From Macrostomum hystrix (Eukaryota; Animalia; Platyhelminthes): a DNA stretch of 64,000 nt. Shown piece by piece: positions 35,054 to 47,555 of this stretch. A program made the position numbers and the translations under genes. Numbering within the stretch: the stretch's first letter is position 1; each line of letters starts with the position of its first letter. The stretch covers positions 10,912,001 to 10,976,000 of the forward strand of contig CATNEN010000039.1 in the NCBI GenBank assembly GCA_950097015.1, given 5' to 3'. Under the pieces are notes generated by a model, which searched no databases, had not been told where the DNA came from, and worked only from the letters and a program-made list of their open reading frames with translations.

Positions 35054-36441
35054 GCCAGACTAACCAGTTATAAACTGCCGGTCCTGCCACCTGTCAGGAA
35101 GTGGCCGATCTCGCTGATCTACTCAGTGCGACCATACTGACAGCTCATGAAACCTCATGCCCCCTCAAAGCCTACAAAGGCAAAAAAATCAGCTCCCTGG
35201 TGGAACCCAGCGCTTGGAACCCTCCGGCGCAAGGCCCAATCCCTCCAGCGGATTGCGCGGAAAGCATGGACCCAGCTGACCTGACCGCTTACCAGGACGC
35301 GATTCGCGACTTAGAGCGTGACACCAGGAAAGCGAAGTCTGAAAAGTGGCCCCAATACTGCGGCAATTCATGCCCACGCTGACAAGAAAACTGATGAAAC
35401 GAAAACTGAGTCCCCGTTCGGGCGCCATGTTAAGAAAACTGAGAGACAGACTCAATTTTCTAGCTGGCCTGCAGGTGGCTTATGGAGAGCTAAGTCCAGT
35501 GAAAATTGTGCCCTGGACTATATATTTAAACATGGTTAAGTTGGACAGACCGGAGGAGGTTGGCGGTACGATAACAAAAGAGTGCGCGACTGAGGGTAGG
35601 AGAGGAGGCTAGAATAGAGGCTTAATTGAGCTCAGAGACCTTGTTGCTAGAGGCGAATTGTAAACCACTCTGCCGCTAACCCTTCATCAACACATCTCAT
35701 AGCCCTATATAAGATAACACAGCGCTTCTATTTTCGATTTAGTTTATCTCTAAATACTTATTTGCAGGTCTAGTGTATTATTGATAACTGTACTAGATGA
35801 CTACAAACTCTTGATCCACTAACGATTTTTCTAGTCCCTCTGGGGAAATTCGTAACGATTAATGAGGAATTGTCCGATCTAGCAATTTAATTTGTAATTT
35901 TAAGACAAGCAAAGGTTTATAAAACGAAAGATTTAAGTTATGAACAGTTCATAATTTAGGTCTTCTCGCGGGGTGAGGGGAGGTCCGCCGCTGTGTTCGC
36001 GCTTCGCTGTTCTCAGAATACTGGTACTTTCTGCTTGTTTTACATAGCTCAAAACTGCTAGTTTTGCATCAGTGTCAATAAAAATGTTGCCACGCAAGAC
36101 CACCTCTGGAAAAGTCGGTTGCAAATGTTGGTTGAGATATCGCGTTGGGTGAATTCAAATGTATTTCTAAGTGAGTTACCTTTCTTACATTTTTTCGTCT
36201 CCTGTCCAATTCAAACATTATTTATTTATTTATTTCTTTTTATGCTTCACTAATTTTCCATTGAGCACTAAGAACTGCTCTGCTGTCACTTAGCCTACAG
36301 TGCAGCAGGTAGCACGGTATATTTTATTGTTCTCATCTCAATAGCACTATATTCTCTTTATAACTCGAATACCCTCTCCATCTGATATTTTATGCCGCTC
36401 TGCGCTTCGCCGTAGAATTCAAATTTCAAACTCATGTAAAG

Positions 36442-38270
36442 ATGACCGAGCAGCAGCACTTTGACATCATTCGGCCCTTGGTCAGTCCCTATCAGGCCGT
36501 GAAACTGTGCCTCGAGCTCTACGATTTCAACGCCATATTATGTCAAGAGTTGGTTAGCTACAAAGACAGGAACTTCCTGGTCACAGGCAGCTTCGCAGCT
36601 GGTGGCGAACATTCAACGGCCAGCTTTGTGCTGAAGATCACCAACAGTGTTGAGTCTGAAGGTGATATCGTAGGTAACAAAGCTTGTGCAAATTAGTTCT
36701 TTTCTCATGGCACTCTCAAGGCACATTGAGTTCAATTTACCTACTAAAATTTAAAATCAATGCATGATCTACCATCTCAAAAGCTCGCCTTCGGAGCCTC
36801 AGAGACAAAGCTGCAGGAGGAAATCAGGCTTGGGGATTTTCGAACAATTTTTCTATGGAAGCCGATACGGGCGTAAAGTGTTTGATGTGTGAACCTAGCA
36901 AGTCCACTAACGCCAAATGTTGCTAACATTACACAGCCCTGTCGTACAAGAAGGCAGTATAATTTTATTATTCTTGACTACAAGGAGATTCAAGTCAGCA
37001 AATCGTGCAAAAAACACACAGAGCAGCAGTGCCGTCTAATGCAGTCGGCATCCGAAGCCGGTCTGAAGGTGCAGTCGGTAGTAAAGACCCTGGCCGGAGA
37101 AACTGTCGCCAAGCGGACGCTAACCACACCGGCCGACTCGAGCGGTCGCCTGGTGGACCGGAAGCACGCAGTGCGCATGCTGACTTACCTGCCGGGAACG
37201 CCGCTTGGCGAGCGGCCAATGACGGCCGACACTCTGGAGAGCATCGCCAAGGAGATTGGTCGGGTCGACTGGCATCTGACGCATCATTTTCTGATGGACC
37301 GGCGAGCGAACGCGGCGGAGCTCAACCTGTGGAGCCTCCTGTCTGCACCGAAATTGGTAGACTATGTTCAGTACGTCCATGGCGAGGCCAGACAGCGAAT
37401 GGTGCGCGAGATTGTGGCCCAGTTTAGCTCCGTTGTAGGACAGGCCTCCGAGGGTTCTTTTACCAAAGGTGAGTCTTGCTATAGCGCTCGATTATCTTTG
37501 CTAATTTGTTTAAATCAAAAGAGAAACCAAAGGATGAATGGGAGCAACGGGCGTTCTAACCAGAAGATGTCTGGAGTTCGAATCGTAGCCGAGAAGAAGA
37601 TTCGTTCCCTTCAGCAAGGCAACTAAGCCCCCAATCGAGTAAATTAATCCAGCTGAAACGAACAACCAGCACCAGCATTAACTGGGAGGTTAATTCGTAT
37701 CCATTGACAGAAAAATGCACATCTGACCTGAATCTGGCCGCAATGAATGCAACTTGGGTTCATAATTTTTTTACATACTGTCTTCTAGTAAAACAAATTT
37801 AAGCTTTGCTTACCAATTTAGCCTTCATACATGGCGACCCGAACGAGTGCAACATTCTGGTCGACGGTGAGCCACCCATGTTCTCAGGTATACTCGACTG
37901 GCAGGACTCGCACACGGCCTACGCAGTATTCGACCTGGCCCTACTAATTATGTACACCAGCTTTGTGAAGGCGAAGGCCGACCCGACTGTGGACCCGTTC
38001 CGTCTCGTGGTGCCGCCGCTGGTTCGTGGCTACACGGCCGAGTTTCGCCTCTCCGAGGCCGAGTTGCGCCACCTGCCGCTGCTGGTTGCCACCCGGTTTG
38101 CGCAGTCGCTCACCCTGGGTGCCTACTCCTACGCCAGGGACCCGGGCAACGACTACCTGCTGACTACGGCGTGCAGCTGGAGTACACTGGACCGCCTGTG
38201 GAACGGGCACAAGAATCGGCTGGAGCAGCTCGGCTGTGAGTGGCTTGAGCTTACTCGAGCTCAGGAGTAG
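36442..38270 (+). CDS. HYKK: Hydroxylysine kinase, copy 2; 3 exons
   Basis: Exons 36442-36673, 37022-37468 and 37822-38270. Same phases and motifs as copy 1 (IHGDPNECNILV, GILDWQD). Frame intact. Confidence 0.88.
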
Positions 38271-38889
38271 AGTATGCCGATATGTGAGCAATCTGGACGT
38301 GACCGCATCGAGACCGACTAAAAGATCCTGCTCACAAGCAGTTGTTTACTTGCATTGAGTACTTTAGCAGTCTTCTATAGATGTTTTTACGGCATACCTG
38401 TAATTGGGCAGCAGTAGACTGTTTCTGCAGTTGCATATTGAAGCTGATTTTCTCAGTTGTAGTGGGAAAAATTGTAATTACGAGTAAAATTTTAAATTTA
38501 CCTTTAGATGTGCACCGCATCTCTATAAAGACTAATAGAAATTTAACTCTAAAGAATATTGCATTGAAAAATCATCGCACATTATTCAGGTGCTTCTGCA
38601 GGCGAGTCAAATCTAATATAGAAATGAATCTTTGTTTTTAATCGTCAACTTACGATCGAGAGCAGCTTGAGAAAGAGCGTGCATAGGCGCGCGTAAGTGT
38701 TCACGAATTGCCATTGTGCGGTGTTTGAAGTGGCTTCTCTTGTTTCTCCGCCCAAGTGCTCAATCCCAACTCAACAATGCATTACGCAACACCATAGACA
38801 AATAAAACTTTAGATTTACGGCCTTTGATGGCCATATTTTATTATTACACTCAAGTGCACTCATTGGCACAGGATTGTCTACAAGAGAG

Positions 38890-39650
38890 TCAGAATAATA
38901 ATAGTTGCACTCTGGTCTGCCGGCGGGAGTGGTGCTCACACTGCAAAGCATATGCATTCGAGTTGGCAGAAACGGCGTTCAGCTGCATGGTGACTTTTTC
39001 TTGCGGCCTCCGAGAAGGAGAACGGCACGTCCAGTGCGATTCGAGATGTTGGGCAGGCTGGTACGGCAGAAAAAGTTGGCTCCAGGAGTATTCCAAAGTG
39101 GTGCGCGGACCGTCAAGAAGGGCAACCGGTTGGGAAGTGCGGCGGGCATGTATAGTCGGCCAGGAAAGTGACGACGAGTCTTCAGAGATGGCGCCGAAGG
39201 CGGTGTCCATTGCGAAGGCGAAGCCACCTTCCAGGACGATTCGGAAGGGATAACTTTTCGGCAGACGGGACGCGCGCTCGCAAGAGGTGAGAAGGAGGCT
39301 CCGTCATATGGTGCGGTACGATGGAAGTCCGGATTTAGTGTGGTGGGCTTCCATGCAGTGGCGCAGAGTTGTGCTGGCCGCAATTATGATCCTGAGGACC
39401 GAGTTCTGTGCGCGCACGAGGCGGTCCATAGACATCGGTAACTAGAAAGGTTGACAGGTCGGGCGGCGTAGCTAAGGACGCTCTGCTTAAGTGTCAGAAA
39501 AACACGACGGAGACTTATCAGGGCTCCGCCAGCCACGAGCAACGAGAGGCGGGAGAGAACGTGGTTGCGAGAGGCGACGCGAAGGATGACCATGAGGATG
39601 ATGAGTCTCCAGTCGAGTGTGACACCTAGGAACTTGAGATTAGGAGTGAT
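38890..39650 (-). mobile_element. Degraded 5'-truncated LINE fragment, possibly Ingi/Vingi-like
   Basis: Minus strand begins TPNLKFLGVTLD (C-terminal RT motif), followed by frameshifted RNHVLSRL...GA..SLR...LSY segments, and ends in a (tat)n tail near 38895. Confidence 0.55.
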
Positions 39651-40634
39651 GCGTTTTTATTGCTAAATATAATATATTTTTTACTTTCGAGGTCATATGG
39701 TACGATTGTAAATAAGGAAAAAAATTACCGGAATGATAAAAAGGCTAGTAGTAAAAGAAATAACAAACAATGAGCAACGGCATAGATCAGATTTTTTTCA
39801 GATGTTTTTAAGAAAAAGAGCGTAAAAATAAAAAAGAATAAACACTATAGAGATCTTGATGAAGTATTTTGTAAAAAATCGAAACGTCATATTTCTTTCT
39901 TAACAAATTAAACTAATCGAAACTAACTAGGAACCAAGGAGCACACCCACAGAATGAATAAACCTATACGGTACTACCTAACTGTGTCGTCGTTTTTTGT
40001 GCATGTCACGTTTTTTAATTAAAGCGCAACGCCAGTAACAGCAAGTTGTTTGTGATTTAAATGAATAATTTGTGAACCTTAACAGAATACAGAGCCTATC
40101 AAGTTATGATTTTTGCTAGGCCCTAATACCAAATTGCAGAACAAATCGTGTATATTTTACCAAGAGTGATAGAGAGCTAGCTATCTAGCTATCGCCAATA
40201 ATAAAAAATCTTACCAAGAACATTATAAATCTTAAAATTTCTATGACCTTTCTCTGGAATTATTAGATACTCACATTATTCAAACACTATCTGAACTTAA
40301 GGTTAAGGGCTTTTTGTTTGCACACTGCCACACTTACTGCATGCAGTATGCCATGGTGTGTCCCTAGGAAGGACAATATCCTAGTTTATTTTTTTATACA
40401 GACTACTTCAGGATTGCAATCAGTAGTTTTTTAATACAACATTGAGAGCTGCTGTGCTGATGTACCATAGTCAGGAAAGTGGTACAGCATGTGCCAGAAT
40501 AAATTTTGGAGGGACAATCTATGTGCCATCTGTGTGCTGTCTGTGCACCATCTGTGTGCCATCTATGCGCTGTTTCTGTCCCCTAACCCTGACCCTACAC
40601 AGAAAAGCATCTGATAAGGGTATATGACCCTGTT

Positions 40635-40775
40635 ACCCTTTGCGTGCACTGCGCTTGTGCACCAATATGCGCCATGACCCTTTGTGTGCACCACACTTGT
40701 GCACCAATATGAGCCGAGACCCTTTGTGTGCACCGGGCTTGTGTGCCAATATGTGCCAAGACCTTTTGTGTGCAC
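40635..40775. repeat. 42-bp tandem repeat, about 3.5 copies
   Basis: Unit approximately accctttgtgtgcacc.c.cttgtgcaccaatatg.gcc..g, preceded by short ccatct(a/g)tg repeats and ctaaccctgaccct. Confidence 0.8.
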
Positions 40776-42127
40776 AGGAATTTTCCCCCTCACAGGCCAC
40801 CTTCCTGAGTATGCTGATGTATAGTTTATATTCATTTTAATTTAACTATATTTAATCACTCAATGTTTTAGAATTTCAATAGTAATTTCAAAAATAAAAC
40901 TATTTGTATACAAAAAGCAGCAAGCTGTTTTTATTTTAATAAATCTTTGTCTGTGTTTTTCTTATTATTTTAATTTAGCTTAATCTTATTTTAATAGGCA
41001 CTTAGGCCTGTTTCCATTTTCGACTTTTGCTGCTAGTCTTCTTTTATAAGAACAATAAATCATGCATAGAATCTGAATTTGCATATCTTTTCACCAAGTA
41101 ATTTCTAATGCAACACATAATTAAGTTGGTCCATAGTCTGGATCATGTTGGGTGCAAGTCAAAAGGAAAATATAGAAATTTTATTTGTATGCCAAGGATA
41201 GACAGATTTTTTAAATTGCATATACCATTGCACACCAATGTGACCACCAGAAATTTCCTATGTATTTTTATTTTCTTAGTGTACACCAGCATTGATTTTT
41301 TGGTTCCATGCAGAAATGGTATACACAATTTTATGCTGAGAAATTAGCTACAGACATCTTTCTAAAATGTAAAAAATTATTCTAAAAACAAGAAAAAAAT
41401 ATTCAACTGGCAATGATTACCTAGGACCAAATAATCTATTTTTGCTTCACAGATTGTCTTATTAGCATTAACTATCCTCTATAATTGAATAGAGGACCAA
41501 CTATAAGACAGTAATATATAATAATATATTCCCCATTGATACCAAGTGTCTAGGGCAATAAATGGTTGAGTGACTTGTTTATTGATCAATGCAAAGCCAA
41601 GAGTATGTGATGTATCCCCCACTTAAACTTAGAAGCAGCATAACAGGGAAAGCAGTGTCAAGGGGGCATTTAGTCCTCCTTGTGGGGTTGTGGGGTTTGG
41701 AGCCCCAAATAAAAAACATCGAGAAAATTAACAAAAATATTTTATGTCTATAGTCAAATTAAATTTGAGCTCTGAGTGAAGTAAAGTGAAATTTACTGTG
41801 AGCAGTTAGAAGCAGCATTTTTATATTGTCTATGGGCGAGTTAAATAAACCAATAAAGCAAACAAATGAAGTTTACATAGAAAACATAGAGTTTAGTATA
41901 TAAAGCACAGCATATGATATATTTAGAAGTTTTTGAAATTTTTTTGGTAGATTATTAACTTGTCTATGGTCTAGTCAAGATATAGTAAAACACAAAAATT
42001 TCTATTTGTTTGACAGCTTTGTGAAATTTATCGATTCGTTTGAGAGCACCTCAATGAGTTTGACGACCCAACCGTGGCCAATTGTTAATTATTTTTAACT
42101 CCTTTCTTCAGCCAACAGTCAAGCCTC

Positions 42128-45100
42128 ATGACCAACGCCAATCCATTGAATGGGACTGCATCCCCACCGCCAGCTGGCACCATCAAGCCAGATCCCGATG
42201 TCAACAAGGGCGGCGACACCAGCAGCGATGACGACGTGCCACTGTCAAAGAAGTTCCGGTCTGCCTTCAAGCAGCAGCAGAATGGCAAGCGGCGCAACAG
42301 CAGCGGCAGCAGCGGTGGCTCGCTGACTCCGCTGTCGAAGAAGCTGAAGACTGAGCCAGCGACGCCCACCGCGCTGAGTCCGGTCAAGACGCCAAAGCAG
42401 TCGTCACAGCTCAAGAAAATTAAAAAGGAGTCAGCTAAAGACAGCGCCAAAAAATCGGCGACAGCCAAGAAGCCCGCCAAGGTCAAGGCCGAAGATGGCA
42501 ACCGGCGCAAGTCGGAGCCGGCCGCGGCCACGGCCAAGCCGAAGCGGAAAACTGAGGAGCCAGCCGAGGTCTGGCGCTGGTGGGAAGAAGAGAAGCCAAC
42601 GGACGGCAGCAAGTGGCGCTTTCTTGAACACAAGGGCCCAGTGTTTGCTCCAGACTATGAGCCGCTGCCGAAGTCTGTTAGATTCTACTACGACGGCGAG
42701 CACATGGCCCTTACTCCGGCCACGGAGGAGGTTGCCGGCTTCTACGCTCGCATGCTGGACCACGACTACACCAGCAAGGACGCTTTCAATAACAATTTCT
42801 TTCAGGATTGGCGCTCGGTAATGTCGCACGAGGAGCAGAAGCGAATCAAAAGCCTGGCCAAGTGCAACTTCTCCGAGATGCACGAGTTTTTCAAGCGCCA
42901 GACTGAAGAGCGGAAGAATCGAACTAAGGAGGAGAAGCAGCAACTCAAGGAAGCCAATGAGCGAATTATGCAGGTGAAAATTCCAAATGCTATTTTTTTT
43001 TCACAAAAATAGCATAAAATTTCTCCACTGTTTCAGGGGCCATGGCGAAACTTGTACCCCTAATTATTCGAGTGTGTTGACCATAGTGCTGTTCATTGGT
43101 TTCATGTGTACTACAGAAGGGTATAGTTATATTGTGATTAATAGTTTAGGTGACACACAAGCAATCTATCTGAATAAAGAGCATTTAATGTGTTTGCCAC
43201 TCGCACCAAGGTCCCTGAGCTTGATTCTCACGGCGCGATTGCTCATTCATTCATGCCGCAGCCGTGGAGAGAAGGCTTGGGGGCTTGTCGTGCAATTCAC
43301 GCCCTTGAGGGCCAACCTCCAAGGCACAGTGAGAGTGTACAATGCCTGACGATGCGAAAGTCAAGGCAGATGTACACACCTGTGTGAGCGTGTGACTGCG
43401 TATGTTATCTGTGTGCGTGTGTGCTCAGGAGTCAGCGAAATGGGCAGCATTGCCTTCTCGCTGGCTGTGGGTCTAGTGTCACCAAATTCACCATTTAAAG
43501 TCACCAATGCAATTGCCTGCAGCTCTGCAATTATTGTTATTACTATAAGCTCGTGTCTCTTATCTTGGATCAATGCATCACAGGAGTACGGTCACTGCAC
43601 CCTGGATGGTCATCGTCAGAGAATCGGCAATTTCAAGATCGAACCGCCGGGCCTGTTTCGCGGCCGCGGCAGCCACCCGAAGATGGGCAAGCTGAAGCGG
43701 CGCGTCATGCCGGAGGATGTCATCATCAACTGCAGCAAGGACTCGGCCGTGCCCAAGCCACCGCCTGGTCACAAGTGGAAGGAAGTTCGTCACGACAATG
43801 CTGTCAGCTGGCTGGCCTGCTGGGTGGAGAATGTGCAGGGCAATTTTAAATACGTCATGCTAAATGCTGCCAGCCGACTCAAGGGGGAGAAGGATTGGAA
43901 GAAATACGAAACTGCCAGACAGCTGCACAAGGTTGTCGACAAGATTCGTTCGCAGTATAAAGCCGACTTCAAGAGCAAGGAGATGCGCTTGAGGCAGCGG
44001 GCCGTTGCTCTCTACTTCATCGACAAGCTAGCACTCAGGTAATGGTTACATAATAAGTTGTAGTCTATTCGTCGACAGGAGGTTGTAGCTTTGTGTTTAG
44101 AGCGTCGGACTCGCGGCTTGCAGGTCGGGGGTTCGATTCCTGACTCCACTGGAACAATTTGTGTCCTGTAGCAAGACTCTTAACTCTGCATTGCTACAGT
44201 TCATTCAGCTGTTAAATGGGTACCAGAATTTTAGCTGAGGTAATTGGGGATGGGTGTGGCGTCACCCAGTCCATTGACTGAACAGCCACACGCAGCCTTC
44301 AGATGCGCCACGCAATAGCTGCGGCTGTGCTGTCGGCTGCACATGTGACCCAACCGAAGGAGATGTATTAATTTGTTATTATTACGATCATTATGTCGTC
44401 TGTCTGTTGCATATAAATCTAAATAATAAAAACATTTTTTTCATGTCAACTAGACATTCTATTTATTGTTCAAGCAATCAAGCCCCTCAAAACGTCTAAG
44501 CTTGCGCACATTTCTCAATCCTGTATAATCTACAGGCTTCTAATCACACCCTTCTCCAAACTAATCTCAATTTTTCCAGGGCTGGCAATGAAAAAGACGA
44601 CGACGAAGCGGACACTGTCGGCTGCTGCTCACTGCGCTATGAGCACATCCGCCTGCACAAGCAGCACCCGGATCTTGGCCAGTACGTTGTCGAGTTCGAC
44701 TTCCTCGGCAAAGACTCCATTCGCTATAACAACGCTGTACCAGTTGAGAAGCGAGTCTTTAAAAACCTGCGCCTCTTCATGGAGAAAAAGAAAGAAGGCG
44801 ACGACCTGTTTGATCGCCTCAACACGACCATCTTGAATGCCCACCTGAAAGATCTGATGGAGGGTCTCACCGCCAAGGTGTTCAGGACGTACAACGCTAG
44901 TAAGACGCTGGAGGACCAGCTGGAAAAGCTGACGAATCCGAGCGATCCGCAGGCGGCCAAGATTCTGGCTTACAATCGGGCCAATCGCGAGGTTGCTATC
45001 CTCTGCAATCATCAGCGCGCTGTGCCGAAAACTTTTGAAAAATCTATGGAGAATCTTAGCAAGAAGCTGGAGGATAAAGAGGCTGCTGTGAAGGCCGCCA

Positions 45101-45981
45101 AACGCGAGGCTAAACAGGCTAAGGCATTGGCTAAAAAGGAGAAGTCAGCTAAGAACAAGCAGGTATTTGAGGCAGGGTTTCTTAATCATTAAAACTCTAT
45201 ATGTGATGAACCTTGATTTAGTCTGCTTTTTCACTACTTTGTGTGCGCTTTTATGCTTCCTTTAACTCGAGAGCCTCTCGCATTAAGGCCCCTGAATTCG
45301 ATTCCGCGGCGATGCCACATTTAATTAAGGCGAAGCCGCGCAAAAAAAACTTTGTGGCTTGTCGTGCAATTTACGTCCTTGAGGGCCAACTTGCAAGGAA
45401 CTGTAAAAATGTACCCTGCCTAACGATAAGAAATTCAGGGCAGATGTACACACCTACCTGTGAGAGTTTGAGCCTGCGTACAAAAAGCCCTTTTGCTGTG
45501 GTCACTTTAAAATTCTTAGGGTCTTCTTTGTCTTAATAAAAAAGTCATAAAGCTATCAAAATTATGTTGACATGAAGTTAAGATTGTAGGCAAGAATACA
45601 TTTTATGAAATCAGCTTTACAAAATTACCTTGCCATCTTTATCGCCTCCAATAGGCCTACGAAAAGAAGAAAAACGCCCTGCGTCGTCTTGAAGAGCAGC
45701 TGCTGAAGCTGCGTGTTCAACGCACAGACAAGGACGAAAACAAGGAGATTGCGCTTAGCACGTCCAAGCTGAACTACCTAGACCCCAGAATCTCCGTGGC
45801 TTGGTGTCGCCGCTTCGACGTGCCGGTTGAAAAGGTTTACAATAAGACGCAGCGAGACAAGTTTCAGTGGGCCATCGATATGGCTACGGCTAGTTTCCGA
45901 TTTCAGGACACGGAATCCGACAAGGCTACTAATAAGCTGCGCGAGGTTGAGGACGATGACGGCGACGATGGTGACGACTGA
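42128..45981 (+). CDS. TOP1: DNA topoisomerase IB; at least 4 exons
   Basis: Exons 42128-42973, 43584-44038, 44580-45162 and 45655-45981, all GT-AG. Motifs [58 protein letters not shown] and SKLNYLDPR (catalytic Tyr). An extra upstream exon is possible (acceptor ttcttcag near 42111). Confidence 0.97.
43185..43548 (+). mobile_element. SINE family B copy in TOP1 intron
   Basis: Colinear with 54633-54959, with an (att)n-like tail. Confidence 0.75.
44078..44385 (+). mobile_element. CORE-type SINE family A copy in TOP1 intron
   Basis: ggttgtagc...ggttcgattcc tRNA-like head with B box; gcaagactcttaactc...aaatgggtacc core. Confidence 0.78.
45270..45480 (+). mobile_element. SINE family B partial copy in TOP1 intron
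   Basis: ggcttgtcgtgcaattt...gagggccaac...gggcagatgtacacacct. Confidence 0.65.
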
Positions 45982-47555
45982 TTCCTTTGAGTTTTGCCTT
46001 TGATTTTACTGTTTTTTTTCTTCGCTCGGCGTTTAGTGGCAAAATCTAATTTAAATTCCATTATTCAATAAAAATATCGACCTCCAATGTGCTTCTTTTT
46101 TTATTTTTTTTGGATGACGTCACTTAAATTAACTTTTAATTATTCAATTGATTCATAAGGCATATGACCAACCAATATCTAAGTAGATATAGACCATAAA
46201 ATTTTAAGTCAATGGCTGTTAGTTTAAAAATGTGCATGGGTCAACCTGCCATTGTGGACTGAAATTTAACAACATTAGTCAATAGTTATTTGAGATTCAT
46301 TTTAAACACAACAATCTTCTGCGACGAAAGATTCATAAATTAAAAAAGAACTGTTGAAACACATGTCTCAAGCTTGAATACAGCCGCTTGCATGTCGTGT
46401 TCTAGTAGTTTTTATCTGAATGTTTATGGTTTAATAGTTAATGATTTTTCATAATTAATCATTGAAAGAAAGCATGTTGAACTAAAACGAAATTATGGTG
46501 AAAATCCATAAATATGTCTATTTAATGTTATTCTCGCCCATTATGATTGGGCGTGTTTTAGTTTTATAATTGTACTTAGCGCTTTAATATTTATATGTGT
46601 AATTGCAATGCACTCGCATTTTTGATACTGCGAATTTATGCGTGTTAATGGCACAAGGCCTGTCTAGTGTTTCACTTTCACTTACTCCTAGCTTTCTATG
46701 TTCGTGTTTAGCCAACGTTGCTCAGCTATTTAATCCTAACATGCTATTTTCTGTTCTTTTCTTGACTGTCTTGTGCAATGCTTTGATCTTCTCAAGCATT
46801 CAGCTGTTATGGGGAAATCGGCTGGCATTTAGTTTGGACATACTGTCCTTAACTTATTTCGTACATTTAGTACGTGTCTATTTTTTCTAGCAATAATTAC
46901 GGACATTTTTACGACTTATACTTTCATTTTGGTAGTGTCGGCATTTAATTTTAAACAGCAGGTAATCTTGTATTATGAATAAGCAGTGCTGCAAATGTCT
47001 TCGTTTAATATTTTTCACTCCTTATTTATTTACTTTAACCAGCTGTCTCATTGAAAATTTAACTTTTTCTAATAATAATTACAAAAATTGGTGTTCGATT
47101 GCGTTGACCCTGGCTGGCTCGCTCTAACCTCTGACTAACATGCCTTTGACGACGCTTAGCAGAAATGCGCACTTCTGTACGATCTGTTCTTTAGTTTCTC
47201 AGCTTTTTTGTCTATGCACAATCGGTAAGTAGATGGTAACGTTATTTAAGAGCTGGTTGAAAAATACCAGAAAAAAATACAAGTAGTTGGTATCATGTAC
47301 TTGATAAAAACTGTCTTAGAATAGAAGCAATTTTTGCGAAGCGTGACCCCCCAAGCAAACTTAATGTGTCTTGCCAAGGATTTGAGCTCAGGGAGTTTAA
47401 TTCGAGGGATGTATGCCTGCCCCGCCTCCTTATCCTATATTTTTTTTCACAGACAAAATGCAGTCAACTATATTTACTATTGCATTTTCTCTTGGCCATT
47501 TCAGCGCTAACCTGAAATTGGAGATCATTAAGGAGTTGAATTTTTAGACCACATT

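Larger units (their letters stand above)
23921..35361 (-). mobile_element. Degraded RNase H-containing LINE (I/LOA-group-like: APE, RT, RNase H, CCHC) with inverted 5' half and nested insertions
   Basis: Minus strand 23921-25493 and 32158-33350: KSPGPD, FRPISLTS, FLDIDGAFD, QGGVLSP, YADD, LGVILD, FTDGS-like, HSDSQAA, WIPGH, GNELAD, with tail (taagtcaag)n. Plus strand about 33392-33942 and 35054-35361: endonuclease GDVNAHH, PTF, SDH. Multiple frameshifts. Confidence 0.85.

Noticed and set aside
41128-41155. Solo ccatagtctggatcatgtt matching the MITE terminus at 30314
   Set aside because: No partner TIR or TSD found; at most a remnant.
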